From the NCBI RefSeq assembly GCF_001447785.1, contig NW_015159786.1, forward strand, positions 196,331 to 257,581: a DNA stretch of 61,251 bases. Direction: 5' to 3'. The first letter of the stretch is position 1. Each line of letters starts with the position of its first letter. Both the position numbers and the translations under genes were made by a program. This DNA is from Gekko japonicus (taxonomy: Eukaryota). The notes under the pieces are model-generated. The model saw only the letters and a list, made by a program, of their open reading frames with translations. It made no database searches and had not been told where the DNA came from. Positions 1 through 12,115 of this stretch are shown one piece after another.

Positions 1-783
1 AACTCTCCGGCTTCTTCGCTTCCTTCTCTGCCCCGGGCAAGAGAGCAGACGCCACCTGAGCCAGGGCCTTCTTCATGGCCTCTTGGGCAGCACAGTGCTG
101 CAGCTGCAGCTTGCTGTTCTCCTCCCGGAGTATTTTGTTCTCTTCCTGGAGTGTGTGGAAGGTCTCTTTTTCTTCCAGAAGTGCCTGGTTCTCTCTGAGG
201 AGGGACGGCACAAGCTGGTTCAGCTTCTGCAGAGTCAGGAAGGCCTCATTCTCCTCTAGCGGAGACACAGGAGTTTTGTTTCTCTCGAGGGCCGGCAAAG
301 TCCTGCTCTCCTCCGGAGAGATTTCTGAGAGGGCCGTGACTGCCTGAGGCAGGGTCACTTTGGTGCTGTTTTCTTGGGCTGTCACAGCCTTGCTGGTTTC
401 GGGGACCGTCAGCACTCTGTTCCCTAATATCTGGACAGTGAGTTTTTCCTTCTGGAGAGCTGGAATAGGTTTCTTCTGCTCAGGGAAGACCTCATCCGGG
501 GAGATCTTCAGAGAGAAATTGATTTCTGGAAAAACCTGGAGGGCTTTGTTCTCTTTCCGGAGAGCCCTGTTCTCCACCTGCAGAGCCTTATTTTCTTCCC
601 AAAGGGCCTTGTTCTCTTCCCAGAGAGTCCAGTCACCACGGATCTCCTCACCAGTGTGTTTCTGGAGGTTTTCTGGAGAGGAAGAGAACGCTGACTGGAT
701 GTAGGTTTCGTTCACCCACTTGCCACCATCACACAACTTGACCGGCGGTGGGATGTAATCCATTTTCACCTTCAAGCAGCTTT
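1..783 (-). CDS. Chibby-family coiled-coil protein (CBY2/SPERT-like), large exon, 3' end outside the window
   Basis: Acceptor tttttaatcatttcaag at 784-785. Open frame (ATG at 763) reads MDYIPPPVKLCDGGKWVNE...LWEENKALWEENKALQVENRALRKENKALQVF...LQEENKILREENSKL with no stop to base 1. The DYxPP...GxWVNE motif and LxEENKAL heptads resemble CBY2/SPERT. Confidence 0.7.
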
Positions 784-996
784 CTTGAAATGATTAAAAA
801 CAGATTGGGGGTCCAGATGACTGCATGACCTACAGAGATTCACGTGGAATGATTTTCTTTGGGAAGCCAGCAGGAAATACGATTCACAGCATCACTGCAA
901 CACAACAACAAACCAGGGACCAAAACGCATCAAATTAGCATCAAACAAGAAACTACTTATGGTTCAGAGAAGAGATCATTTATATTAAGCAAGGAA

Positions 997-1351
997 GGTA
1001 AAGGTAAAGATTCCCTTGCTCGAAAGCCAGTTGAATCCGACTCTAGGGTTGCGGTGCTCATCTCCATCTCAAAGCCAAAGAGCCAGCGCTGTCTAAAGAC
1101 GTTTCTGTGGTCATGTGGCCAGCATGACTAAACACCAAGGCGCACGGAACGCTGTTCCCTTCCCACCAAAGCGGTCCCTATTTATCTACTTGCAATTTCT
1201 TGCTTTCAAACTGCTAGGTTGGCAGGAGCTGGAACTAGAGATGGGAGCTCACTCTGTCATGCGGCACACTCAGGTCTCGAACTGCTGATCTACTGACCTT
1301 CCACAGCCTGCAGTTCAGCGTCTTAACCACTTGAGCCACCGCAGCTCCTTG
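997..1351 (-). mobile_element. Sauria SINE, full length
   Basis: tRNA-like head ggtggctcaagtggttaag and (accttt)n tail on -; flanked by direct repeat agcaaggaa. Confidence 0.85.
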
Positions 1352-3499
1352 AGCAAGGAAACATAATACTAAAACCTGTTCCTGAACTAGTGCAAGAAAC
1401 ATGATCTCTTCTGTAGGGTTGTCTCTGGCCCTTATGAAACCATGTTAAGTCGGCTGAGGTTATGAAATGCTGTACCGGAAAGGTCTTGTATCCATAATGG
1501 CATGAACGGTAATCTAGTTTCCGTGTGCAGGGTTGATGTACGTTTCTCAAAGTGTGTTGGATGGGATCATGAAACGTGCACAGAAAATACACTTGACTCA
1601 AACACATCTGGAATATTTCCATCGGGTCCAGCCTCCTGCCTCACACAGTGGCCACCCAGTTCCTCTGGACATCCAGCAACGGGGCCTGGAGGCCGTGGCC
1701 TTCCCCTGCCGTTGCCTCCTGGCACTGGGGTTCAGAGTTTGACGGCCTCTGACCAAGGAAGCTCCCTTTAGTCACCATGGCTAGTAGCCACTGACTGTCC
1801 TCTCCATGAATCCGTCTAATGACCTTCTAAAGCTGTCTACGCCTGTGGCCATCACTACATCCTCTGGTCGGCAGATTCCACCTTTTAATCATTCTCTGTA
1901 TAGAGTAGCATTTCCTTTTGTCTGTCTTAAATCTACTGCCCATCAGCTTCGCTGGATGCCCTTGAGTTCAACTATTTTGGGAGAGGGAGAAAAGGTTCCC
2001 TTTGTCAAGTCTCTCCACCCCATGGATAAATTCATAAATCTCTATCATATTATGTTGCAGCTGCGGTGGCTCAAGTGGTTAAGACGCTGAACTGCAGGCT
2101 GTGGAAGGTCGGTAGTTCCCAGATCACGCCAGGCCCTCCAGTCTTCCTCCATCCTTTGAAGTATTGGCTTCGCTTCCTCCAGTTGCCTGCCTTTGTTCGT
2201 CCTGACCTGAAGACTGGCCCCCTGGCATTTCAGTGCTCTTAGCTGCCTGGGCTACAAAGGGGTTCTTCTTAAGGGGAGATGAGGGAACTATGCCTGAAGG
2301 ACACGGCTAAATGGGGCCAAATTCGGCTTGGAAACGGAGATGAGCACCGCAACCCTAGAGTCGGATTCGACTGGCTTTCGAGCAAGGGAACCTTTACCTT
2401 TACCTTTTTATCATATTATGCCCCCCCCCCCAGTCATCTCCCTTCTAAACTGAGAAGTCTCGTAGTGCAAACCTCATCCGACCCGGGCTTTATTGGCTTG
2501 TTGTTGTCGTCGTTCAGTTGCACAGTCGAGTCCGACTCTCCGCGACCCCATGGACCAGATCACGCCAGGCCCTCCGGTCTTCCTCCATCCTCTGAAGTAT
2601 TGCCTTAGTTTTCTCCAGTTGCCTGCATTTGTTCATCCTGACCCGAAGACTGGCCCCCTGGCATTTCAGCGCTCTTAGCTGCCTGGGCTACAAAGGGGTT
2701 CTTCTTAAGGGGAGATGAGGGAACTATGGCTGAAGGACACGGCTAAATGGGGCCAAAATAATGGCCCTTACCTGGGCTTGTTGTGAAACTAGCCTTAGCT
2801 GTCTCCTGTCCTCCTGACACTTTCCAAATCCTTCTGGCTTTTTATGTCTGAGGCATAGCCAGGAGCCGGAACGCAGAGCCCGAACGCTGCCTCCACCTCT
2901 GCCTCCTCCGGCCTGATTTCCACGGCTGCCTCCTGGGGCCCAAGCAGACACATCCCAGGGCCGTGCAACAAAAGGCAGGCGGGTCAGCCCCATTGTGACA
3001 CCCGGGCAGTGTCTCAGCCGGGCCACCAGACAACCAGGGGGTGAAAGAGGGAGGTAAGTGCCTCTGGGAAGGCGGGGTGCGGGTTCAAGGACTTCCCAGG
3101 CACGGCTGCTGAGGGCCAAGGTGGCAACAGAGATCTTCTGTGGATGTCTCCAATCGGGGGTGACGTCCCTGTCTGCAGCCCCTGGGATCTCTTGCTGATG
3201 CTGGGCGACCAATGATCATTCAGCTCCAGTTTCCCCACTGGAAACAGGACTTAGCATGGCCTACTTAACAAGGGTGTTGCGAGGACAAAAGGAATATGTT
3301 GTTTTTTTAAAATCTGCATTGCTTGTCTCTGTGCGCTTCCTGATAGCCCTTAAGTGGGGGGGGGCCCTCCAAATGGGGAATCCCTGGTGACTGGCAACTC
3401 TAACCCCCCCCCCATTCTCATTGGGCTTTTGCTTCTACTCCTCATTATTCCTTATTCATTTAATTTATACTCTCTCCTCATGGGGAGTAGGGTTACCAG

Positions 3500-3705
3500 C
3501 AATGCTCCCTCTAAGCTGTGGAGTCTTGTGAGCAAAAATTCTACTTTGTGAGCTCCTGGCATTAAAGTTGTGAGCGAGCCATTTGGCTGCTGCATAAATT
3601 AGTTTGCTCTGGAGCCCTCCTTCCTGAGCCAAGACAAAAATGGGTGAGCCAGAGGCTGAAAAACTGTGAGCTAGCTCACACTAACTCAGCTTAGGGGGAA
3701 CACTG
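3500..3705. mobile_element. hAT-type MITE family A (~206 bp)
   Basis: TIRs ca(a/g)tg(t/c)tccctctaagct; 8-bp TSD gttaccag. Further copies near 15745, 16434, 18914, 23130, 26826, 29625, 30241, 36343, 37733, 38390, 42521, 50473, 60402. Confidence 0.85.
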
Positions 3706-4242
3706 GTTACCAGATATGTGTTGGGAAATCCCTTGAGATTTGGGGGATGGAGCTGTGGGGGGGCGGGCGGAGGGTTTGGGGAAAGGAGGGACCTGAACAG
3801 GGTACAGTTCTCTAGGGCACCCTCCAAAGCAGCCATTCTTCCCCAGAGGAAATTGGGTCATTTAGGGATCAATCGTAAAAGTGGGAGATCTCCAGGCCCC
3901 ACCTGGAGGCTGGCAAGCTGGCCTACTTCGTTCTCTGCTCCTGCATTTCATCCTCACAAAGCACTGGAAGGTTGGTTAGGCTAACGGGAGGCTTTTCTCC
4001 TCTTGAAACGTTGAACAGAAAGCGGTGAACTGTTGAGCTTCACAAACAGAGCTTTTCTCTCCCACCCACCCCGGAAAAGATGTTCTGAAACCGAAATCAC
4101 TTCAAACTGAAAAGAGTAAGCCGCACAACGAGCCTCAAGTGTGAATTGTTGAGGGATTTACGTGTGTGTCTGTTATTTCTAAAAATTAAATAAAAATATT
4201 TTTAAAAAGAGAGAGAATAGCCACCTGGGGGAGAGAAGAATC

Positions 4243-4616
4243 CATGGCTATTTTTGGGCAGGGACGCACAGGAACGGAGTTCCGGCTGGCTTTCAAGTTG
4301 GCCACGCCCAGCAGTAACTCATTAGCATAATAGGCCACACCCAACAGCAGAAACTCATTAGGATTGGCTACATTAGGGGTGTGTGGCCTAACATGCAAAG
4401 GAGTTCCTGCTCCAACAAACAAGGTAAACAGAATAAGAAGCGAAAGGTGGGTGTGGCTGGATGAGCACACTTCTGGTAACATGGGGGTGTGGCCTAATGT
4501 GTTAATGAGCTGTGCTGTCAGGGGTGTGGCCTGATAGGCTAATGAGTTCCTGCTGTTGGGTGTGGCCTATCATGCTAATGAGTTCCTGCTGGGCTTTTTC
4601 TACAAAAAGAACCCTG
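4243..4616. mobile_element. hAT-type MITE family B (~375 bp)
   Basis: TIR ca(g/t)ggct(a/t)tttt...aaaa-ccctg; 8-bp TSD gaagaatc. Confidence 0.8.
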
Positions 4617-7553
4617 GAAGAATCTGATATATCTTGTCCTGTCCAGCGTGAGCTCTGCTAAGCCAACGCTCTCTAGGTGTGAGTCAACACACGACTACTG
4701 AGGAGAGCTTAAATCATCTTTATTTAACTCCACACGCATTCAGAAGATCATTTACTCACAATCAAGCTGATGGCTGGGTGGAAGGTTACATCTTGCGATC
4801 TAGGTCAGTTCTATAGCCGCGGTGAGAAAAGAGATGGGCTTCCCCTCTCCTTGCAGTAAGGGTTGATGGACAAAGAAACGGGAAAGAACAATAGAACTCC
4901 TATCTTTGCGCCTCTGAGCTCACGAAATTACTCTTAATGAGCCAGTCAGAGGGAAGCTTCTGAGACCCCTAACTGTGGACTCCAATTCCCAGGGTGCAAC
5001 TACTCTTAAAGATACAGAGCAGTTTTACTAAACTACAGATAACGCTGACTGGGGCCAGCACATATCTAAAAGCCCTAATGCATTGGCACTTTCCAGCTCT
5101 CCCATTAGCTGTGCTGTGTGCTCCATCAGCCACTGGCCTATCAGTCGCCACTCAAGAAGAGTATTCGCGTGCCATTGGCTGAGTGCTGGGTCCACTCCTC
5201 TCTCCCACCCACTGCCAGCCTGGCCACTGTTCCCTGACAGAATAAACTACCAAAATGGCTGTCTCTCCTGATGAAGACACTTCTCCTGCTTGCTTCCTGT
5301 GGGGCTAACTTTTCCCTCAGTGGCTGTTGCTGGGCAACCAAGTTTGGTTCTGTCTGTAAAAAGGCAAAGGCAGCTGGCCCTTTCCAGGCCTACCAACTCC
5401 AGGTTGGGAAATCCCTGGAGATTTTGTGGTGGAGTCTACAGAAGCCAGAGTTTGGAGAGGGGAGAGGCCTCAAGCCTACCGAGGGAGGGGAACCCTGGCT
5501 GGGGAAGGGAGGAGCGATGGGGGAGGCAGGCCCCCCCTCCTTTGGTTCCCCAGCCGCCCTGCCAGGAGCCACACAGTGTGTGCGAAAGAGCCCCGTGTGG
5601 CTCCCAAGCCGCAGTTTGGCCACCTCTGGTCTGAAGCAACAGAACAAGGTTTGAGTCCAGGGGCACCTTTAAGACCAACAAAGTTTAATTCTGGGTATAA
5701 GTTTTCATGTGCACATAAAAGCTTATACCCAGCATCAAACTTGTTGGGGTTCCCTAACAGTTGGGCTTGCCAACTTCCAGATGGGGCCTGGAGACCTCCT
5801 GCTGTGACAACTGATCTCCAGACTACAGAGATAGTAAATAATAATAATCATCATCATCTTTCTATTTATTAATCGCTCAATCTTTGCAGAGCTGCTGGCT
5901 CTGAACGTTTTACAGTTACTCGTGTATTCACAAGGGACTAACAATGATAGGGGTAAGGGAGGACAACATATATCTTTAAATCGCACACATTTCACGGCCG
6001 ACAGGGAGTTTGTCCAGCTGTAAGCTTCAGACGTGTTCCAACGGCATTCACACTCGGCGTGGCTTGATGTCGTCAGCTTTCTCAGTTGCAGCACAGCATT
6101 GCCACCGCCTGGCCGGAATGGCCCATTACAGGCCATGATGCCGAATAGATCTCTCTAGGCTTTTGATCTCAATTGCTGGACCTTCCGTTCGCCGGCTAAC
6201 ACCTCCCCCACCGGGGTTTTTTAGTGTGCCTACCCTCTTTAAGGAGTGGTACCCATTTTATCTACTCACCGAAGCTTTCGATCAGCTCCCCCTGAAGAAA
6301 AGGGGTGCTCTAGAGGGTGAATTATCTGGCATTCCCTCCCTCTGCCCACTCTGCCCTCCCCACGCTCCACCGCCATCTATCTAGGGTTGCCAAGTCTTCA
6401 TTGGAATTATTCCTGGAGATTTGGGAGTGAAACTTGGAGAGGGTAAGGATTTTTGAGGGGAAGGGCCTTACTGGGGTAGGATGCATGCAGCCCACCCTCT
6501 GAAGCAACCGTTTTCTCCAAGGGAACTGATCTCTCTGTGTCTAAAGATTAGTTGTGATTCCAGATCTCCAGGCCACACCTGGAGGCTGGCAACCCTACTA
6601 TCTAGGAATTTCCGATCCAGGATCGGCAGCCCTACTAACAATAGAGTTCCTACCGTGTTATGGTATTAAGACAGTCGTACCGCGGATGGGGAGATCCCTG
6701 CTGTTCCATGCATCTCACTGGGCAGCCTTCATTCAGCCAATCCCTCCTCCTCCTCGGACTCACACACCTCACAGGGTTGTCGTGAGGAGTCATGTGCATA
6801 GCCCTGAGCGCCTTCGATTAAACCCGGAGGGGGGGGAATGTTATCAGCACAGAGACTCCATCCTCCTTTACATTCGTCTGTAACACGATTCTGGCTCCGT
6901 CCCCCAAAACTGGGGACAGCTTCTTCCGCTACTCCTGTCAGGACTGACTATGGCTAGCAACTGAATAGCAAAGCCAAGGAGCTATTGAGATATATGTCAG
7001 AGTGATAGAGGTAGCAAGCAGTTACTATAGATCAGTTTGATCTGTTTGTCAGACCTAGCTGTCATGCTAGTAATTATGTAATTACAGCCAGGTGTTTTCT
7101 AGTAGGTGTTACTCTTTCAGGTCTTGTTAAGAGTTAGTGATTACATCACCTTGTTAGAGACTGGCTGGGGTTTAGCATAATAGCTATCAGCTTAGTAAGC
7201 TGGTGGGGACTCAGTTCTCATAGACGAAGGCACGACATACTGTTCAATGGCCTGTAAATATCTCTGTATATATTCACCTTTATAACTATATAAACTCTCT
7301 GTGCACCTTCATAACTGGTCAGTCTCCCGCTTCTTATTTACAATACCCAATAGGAGCCTCGTGGGCAATCGAAGTATGAGCTGGGAGGGCCAGTCCTGCG
7401 CCGTCTGCTGCTAGTGGGGATTCCTGGCGGCTCCCAGTGGCCCGAATCTAGGAGGTGTGTTTGAGAGAGGGGTTAGGGGCACCGGGGACTAGACGCACAA
7501 TGAAGCCCATCTCGACCTCAGCCTCTTCTGGGGGGCAGGGGATGCTGCCTTTC

Positions 7554-7957
7554 CTATGGGGACGTCGCAGCCGTGGGGCCAAGGATGGGGGCCGTGTCGG
7601 ATGTGCTTTCCTGAGCCAGGCTCCCGGCGTTGTCTTGGACGGAGAGGACAATGCTGACCGCCTTCTCCCCAAAGCGCCCCTGCCTCCTTGTCGTCAGTAC
7701 GTCGGGAGAGTTCACCGCACCTTCCTGGCTCCGGAGACCTGTGAGGATGCTCCGTGCGTACGAGAGGAGGGAGCCCCGTGGCCCTCTGCGTGATCCTCCG
7801 AGGAAGGTGTACGTCTGCTCCGTGTCATCTGGGCTCGTCTCGGCTGTGGATGCGGGGCAGCTGTCGCTGTACTGGCCCAATGGCCCATTTGCTGCGGTTT
7901 CTTTGTGCTTCTTGCTGAGCAGGAAATAGGCCAGGCCACTCAGAACCAGCATCGTTC
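7554..7957 (-). CDS. TMEM72: TMEM72-like exon 5 (last TM helix and cytoplasmic tail)
   Basis: ttctgcag| TMLVLSGLAYFLLSKK...DTEQTYTF...STSDTAPI...stop. Five exons total 753 nt = 250 aa. Confidence 0.92.
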
Positions 7958-9111
7958 CTGCAGAAAGCGAAAGGAGAGGAACAGGATTCAAAACACAGCC
8001 GTGCGGGCCCCTGGCCTGTGCTTCACACCCACCCACCAGCTGCTCCAAACATGTCCTCCTGGACTCCATGGACATATCGGCGACACTGGGGCAGTGTAAG
8101 CACGACCAGCCCCATAGCCAGGATTTTGTCGCTTGTGGGGCGGTTTTTTTCCCTAGTGGGGCTGCCATTATTTGCCATAATGAAGACGGGGTGGTGCACG
8201 CCCCCTCTCCCTCCCCTCCTGCACGATTGAAAGGGTGCTTCGGCAGATCAGCGGGGAGCACTTGGCCCTTCTGGGAAGGAGCAGGGGGCCTTTAAGAAGC
8301 GGAGGAGCCCTTGAAGGAAGGGAGCAGAGCCCCCAATAGCTGCAGGCCAGAGCACCACACAGGTGTAGACTTGCATGGTGTCGTGGGCAGAACAGGACTT
8401 AGTCTACTCCCTAAACCCCTCCAGCCCCAAAGGGCCGTCAACACATAAGAACTAAGAACATAAGAGACGCCAATGTTGGATCAGGCCAAAGGCCCATCCA
8501 GTCCAACACTCTGTGTCACACAGTGGCCAAAAAAAACAGGTGCCATCAGGAGGTCCAGCAGTGGGGCCAGGTCATTAGAAGCCCTCCCACTGTTGCCCCC
8601 CCCAAGCACCAAGAATATAGAGCATCCCTTGCCCCACACCGAGAGTTCCTATCTATACCTTGTGGCTAATAGCCACTGATGGACCTCTGCTCCATATGCT
8701 TATCCAATTCCCTCTTGAAGCCGTCCATGCTTGTAGCCGCCACCACTTCCTGTGGCAACACCAACATACTGTTATGCCAGTGAAAACCTTGGCATGTGCC
8801 AGGAGGAAAGTATAACTGCTCTCCCCGCACTCTGCCAGCAGGCAGTCATTTCTCCCCATGGCACCCTCTCCCAGAGAAACACCCGGGGCCAGACACACAG
8901 AGCTGAGGCGCTTGGATGTGGGGCACGGAGCTACGACTCTCTGGCCTATGTGGCGAGGAGGGGAGTCCACCCTCCAAAGCAGCCTTTTCCTCCAGGGAAG
9001 TGATCCCTGTCGTCTGGAGATCAGCTGTATTTCCAGGAGGTCTCCTGGTGGCAGCATGAGCAAAAGCCCTTACCCCGATATCAGTGGTAGTGAGTATATG
9101 ACAGTGCCTCA

Positions 9112-9345
<234 letters not shown>

Positions 9346-9414
9346 TCAGACTGGGTCCACTCCTCTAGAAAACTCCACAAAACTATTGTGTGCGATTTGG
9401 CAGATGATGTTTTA

Positions 9415-9778
9415 CAAGGTTAAAGTAAAGGTAAAGGGTTCCCTTGCTCGAAAGCCAGTCGAGTCCAACTCTAGGGTTGCGGTGCTCATCTCCGTTTCCA
9501 AGCCAAAGAGCCAAAGCTGGCCGACGACGTTGCCGTGGTCATGTGGCCGGCATGACTAAACACCGAGGCGCACGGAATGCTGTTACCTTCCCACCGAAGT
9601 GGTACCTATTTATCTACTTGCAATTTCTTGCTTTCGAACTGCTAGGCTGGCAGGAGCTGGAACTAGAGACGGGAGCTCACTCCATCATGCGGCACACTCG
9701 GGTCTCGAACTGCTGAACTACCGACCTGCCACAGCCTGCAGTTCAGCGTCTTAACAACTTGAGCCACCGCAGCTCCTT
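9415..9778 (-). mobile_element. Sauria SINE
   Basis: Same family as 997-1351. Confidence 0.85.
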
Positions 9779-10171
9779 CTAAACATATGGAATGTTTAAA
9801 TAGATAATTGGTTATTTTGTGTTGTACATATTTAAGGATTCTTTCTTTGTAACTATTGCAATTACTGTTTCCATAATATCTTTTCCTCATAATTTTTTGC
9901 AAAATCTGAAATCGCATAAAATAAAGGAGGAGGGAACTTAACAGTAAATAAAAGCATGCCTACTCCTGGCAAGCTTAATTTTTATAGGCATTCTTACTTT
10001 TGGCACAGGCAAAATGACACACCACCACACTACCACCGACTGGGAGTGACTGAGGCAAAATGGGCAGTGCCTCTCAGAGAATTTTCAGACAGGAGGCCGC
10101 GTGGCACTGAGGAAAATGCTTTCTTAAGTGGTTCTACCTGGGCAAAGGGGTTTATGGAGAAGGGGACTCAC

Positions 10172-10243
10172 ACTGAGCAGGCTGCTAGGAGGAGGCTGGC
10201 GAAGTAGGCGGCTTCATATACCAAAATGGTGGCTCCTGAAAAA
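10172..10243 (-). CDS. TMEM72: TMEM72-like exon 3
   Basis: ttcag| FSGATILVYEAAYFASLLLAACSV |gtgagt; 72 bp. Confidence 0.9.
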
Positions 10244-10319
10244 CTGAAGGATAGAGAATATGTGAACGGACAAGGAACAACTAGCAAAAAGCAGTTTCCC
10301 CAGGCGGCTCCATACTCAC

Positions 10320-10386
10320 AGCAAGTAGACGGCCAGGCTTTTGAACTGTCCCCGCAGCAGCGTCTGGGCGCCCACCCCAACGAGCA
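10320..10386 (-). CDS. TMEM72: TMEM72-like exon 2
   Basis: ttgcag| VLVGVGAQTLLRGQFKSLAVYLL |gtgagt; 67 bp, phase-compatible with neighbours. Confidence 0.9.
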
Positions 10387-10559
10387 CTGCAACACAAAAG
10401 AAAGCAGAGCAACAGCCTTGTGAGGAAGGTCAGAATTAGCCCCATATTGCATCTGGAGAGAAATGGAGAGAACTTCTAGGGCTGCCCAGTGAAGCTAAGG
10501 GGAGACGGGAACCGAAAAACATTATTGGGATTAACTGGGGTGGTTAGTCCAGTCACCAC

Positions 10560-10766
10560 CAATGTTCCCTCTAAGCTGTGGAGTCTTGTGAGCAAAAATC
10601 CTACTTTGTGAGCTGCTGGCATTAAAGTTGTGAGTGAGCGATTTGGCTCCTGCATGAATTAGTCTGCTCTGGAACCCATCCTTCCTGAGCGAAGACAAAA
10701 ATGTGTGAGCCGGAGGCTAAAAAACTGTGAGCTAGCTCACACTAACTCAGCTTAGAGGGAACACTG
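10560..10766. mobile_element. hAT-type MITE family A
   Basis: 8-bp TSD gtcaccac. Confidence 0.85.
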
Positions 10767-11512
10767 GTCACCACTAGTTAGTAGAATGCTTAAATAAAGG
10801 TACAAACACAGGAGTGTCACTTTATCAGGTTACTCAGCTTACAAAGCTACACAGAGCCACGTTGCAAGTTTAGAAGAGAAATACTCCTCTCTTTATTTGA
10901 GAAGTACACTTTGGAGAGGAAAGAGCAGGGACAGGATAGAGTACTAACTTACTAGCTGAAGGATGGAAGCAGATGGCGAGAGGCTCAAATGCCTCATGGT
11001 GCCAAGAGGGGACATGTCATCCCTCCTGGTGTGTGCAGGGGGAGAGCTCGTCTTCATCTCTAAGAAAGAATGGAAGGAAGGGGAATAGTCCCTGAAAACA
11101 CAATCTACATTTCAAAGGGGGCGGTGGCAGAAGAGTAAAGACAGGAAGGAAAGGTCCGTGTGCCTATCTAGCCTCTCTTGCCACTCAGTCTGGAGGTCTG
11201 AGACCGAGGATGTAATGTATCCAGTTCTGACCGCATGGCCGACTGGGGCTCCACGCGGTCAAGCGATACCTTCAAGCTTCGCTCCAGGAAACAATGGACT
11301 AAGTGGATCCTAGCCTACACCTATCCGAGGGCTAGGTTCCCGGCCGAGAGCCTATGGAACTCTCGGCCACTGTAAATAGCCTATTGCGGTGTGTGTTTTG
11401 GGTGGTGGTTTCACTGGGAATATAAGCCGGCCTGTGAGCCGGCTAAACTTGTCTTGTTCCTGCTTATTAAACCTTATGAGCTGAATCACTGAGATGTCTG
11501 AGGACTTTTCAC

Positions 11513-12115
11513 TGGCGACGAGGATGGGATTCATCTTCCCATGAACAGAGACCACGAATCGAGCATCACACCGAGATCACCGCACGCCGCTTTGCCTCGT
11601 GCTGCATCTCCAGTTGCCGCTCATCGCACCGCTCTCAGCACCGAGACGCTGAACCTGAGAGCAGCATTCCACCGCTTGACTCCGATCGCTACCGCCGTTC
11701 CTGAGCATCTCCTCCACGTGGAACCGTAAGATGGCTGCCGCATCCGAGAGCCTCCCTGCTTTCGACATCTCCCAACCATCGCAATGGGAAACCTGGCTGG
11801 AGACCCTCGAGAGCCACTTCACCATCCTCGATGTCACCGGGTAAGAAGAAGGCGTACCTCCTCTGGCACTGTGGTATGGAGGCCCATCTTTTACTGAAGG
11901 ACCTGATAGCGCCCCGGCTGACCAAAGATGAGTCCTACACCCCTTTGGTCAAGGCGCTTTCGGGCCACCTGGCTCCCAAACCAACGAAGTTTGTGGAGCG
12001 GATGGACTTTTTTGCAAAAGTCCAGGGCCCCGACGAGACCACCTCTGATTTTCTCGCGGCTCTGCGACGGGCCGCAACTGGGTGTTCGTTCCTGGATCTG
12101 GCTGATGCTCTCCCA
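11513..12115 (+). mobile_element. Ty3/Gypsy LTR retrotransposon 5' fragment: PBS and frameshifted gag
   Basis: PBS TGGCGACGAGGATGGGATTC is complementary to the tRNA-Ser(GCU) 3' end. ATG 11731 begins FDISQPSQWETWLETLESHF; after a frameshift it continues KKKAYLL...LIAP...HLAPK...Q GPDETTSDFLAALRRAATGCSF. Confidence 0.82.

Noticed and set aside
75-704. + strand ORFs 75-347 and 360-704
   Set aside because: Antisense shadows of the - strand coiled-coil exon
2771-2850. Strong - strand donor (CAG|gtaagg) as an upstream coding exon of the CBY2-like gene
   Set aside because: The phase-compatible frame has an upstream stop and no ATG; at most a UTR exon, unsupported
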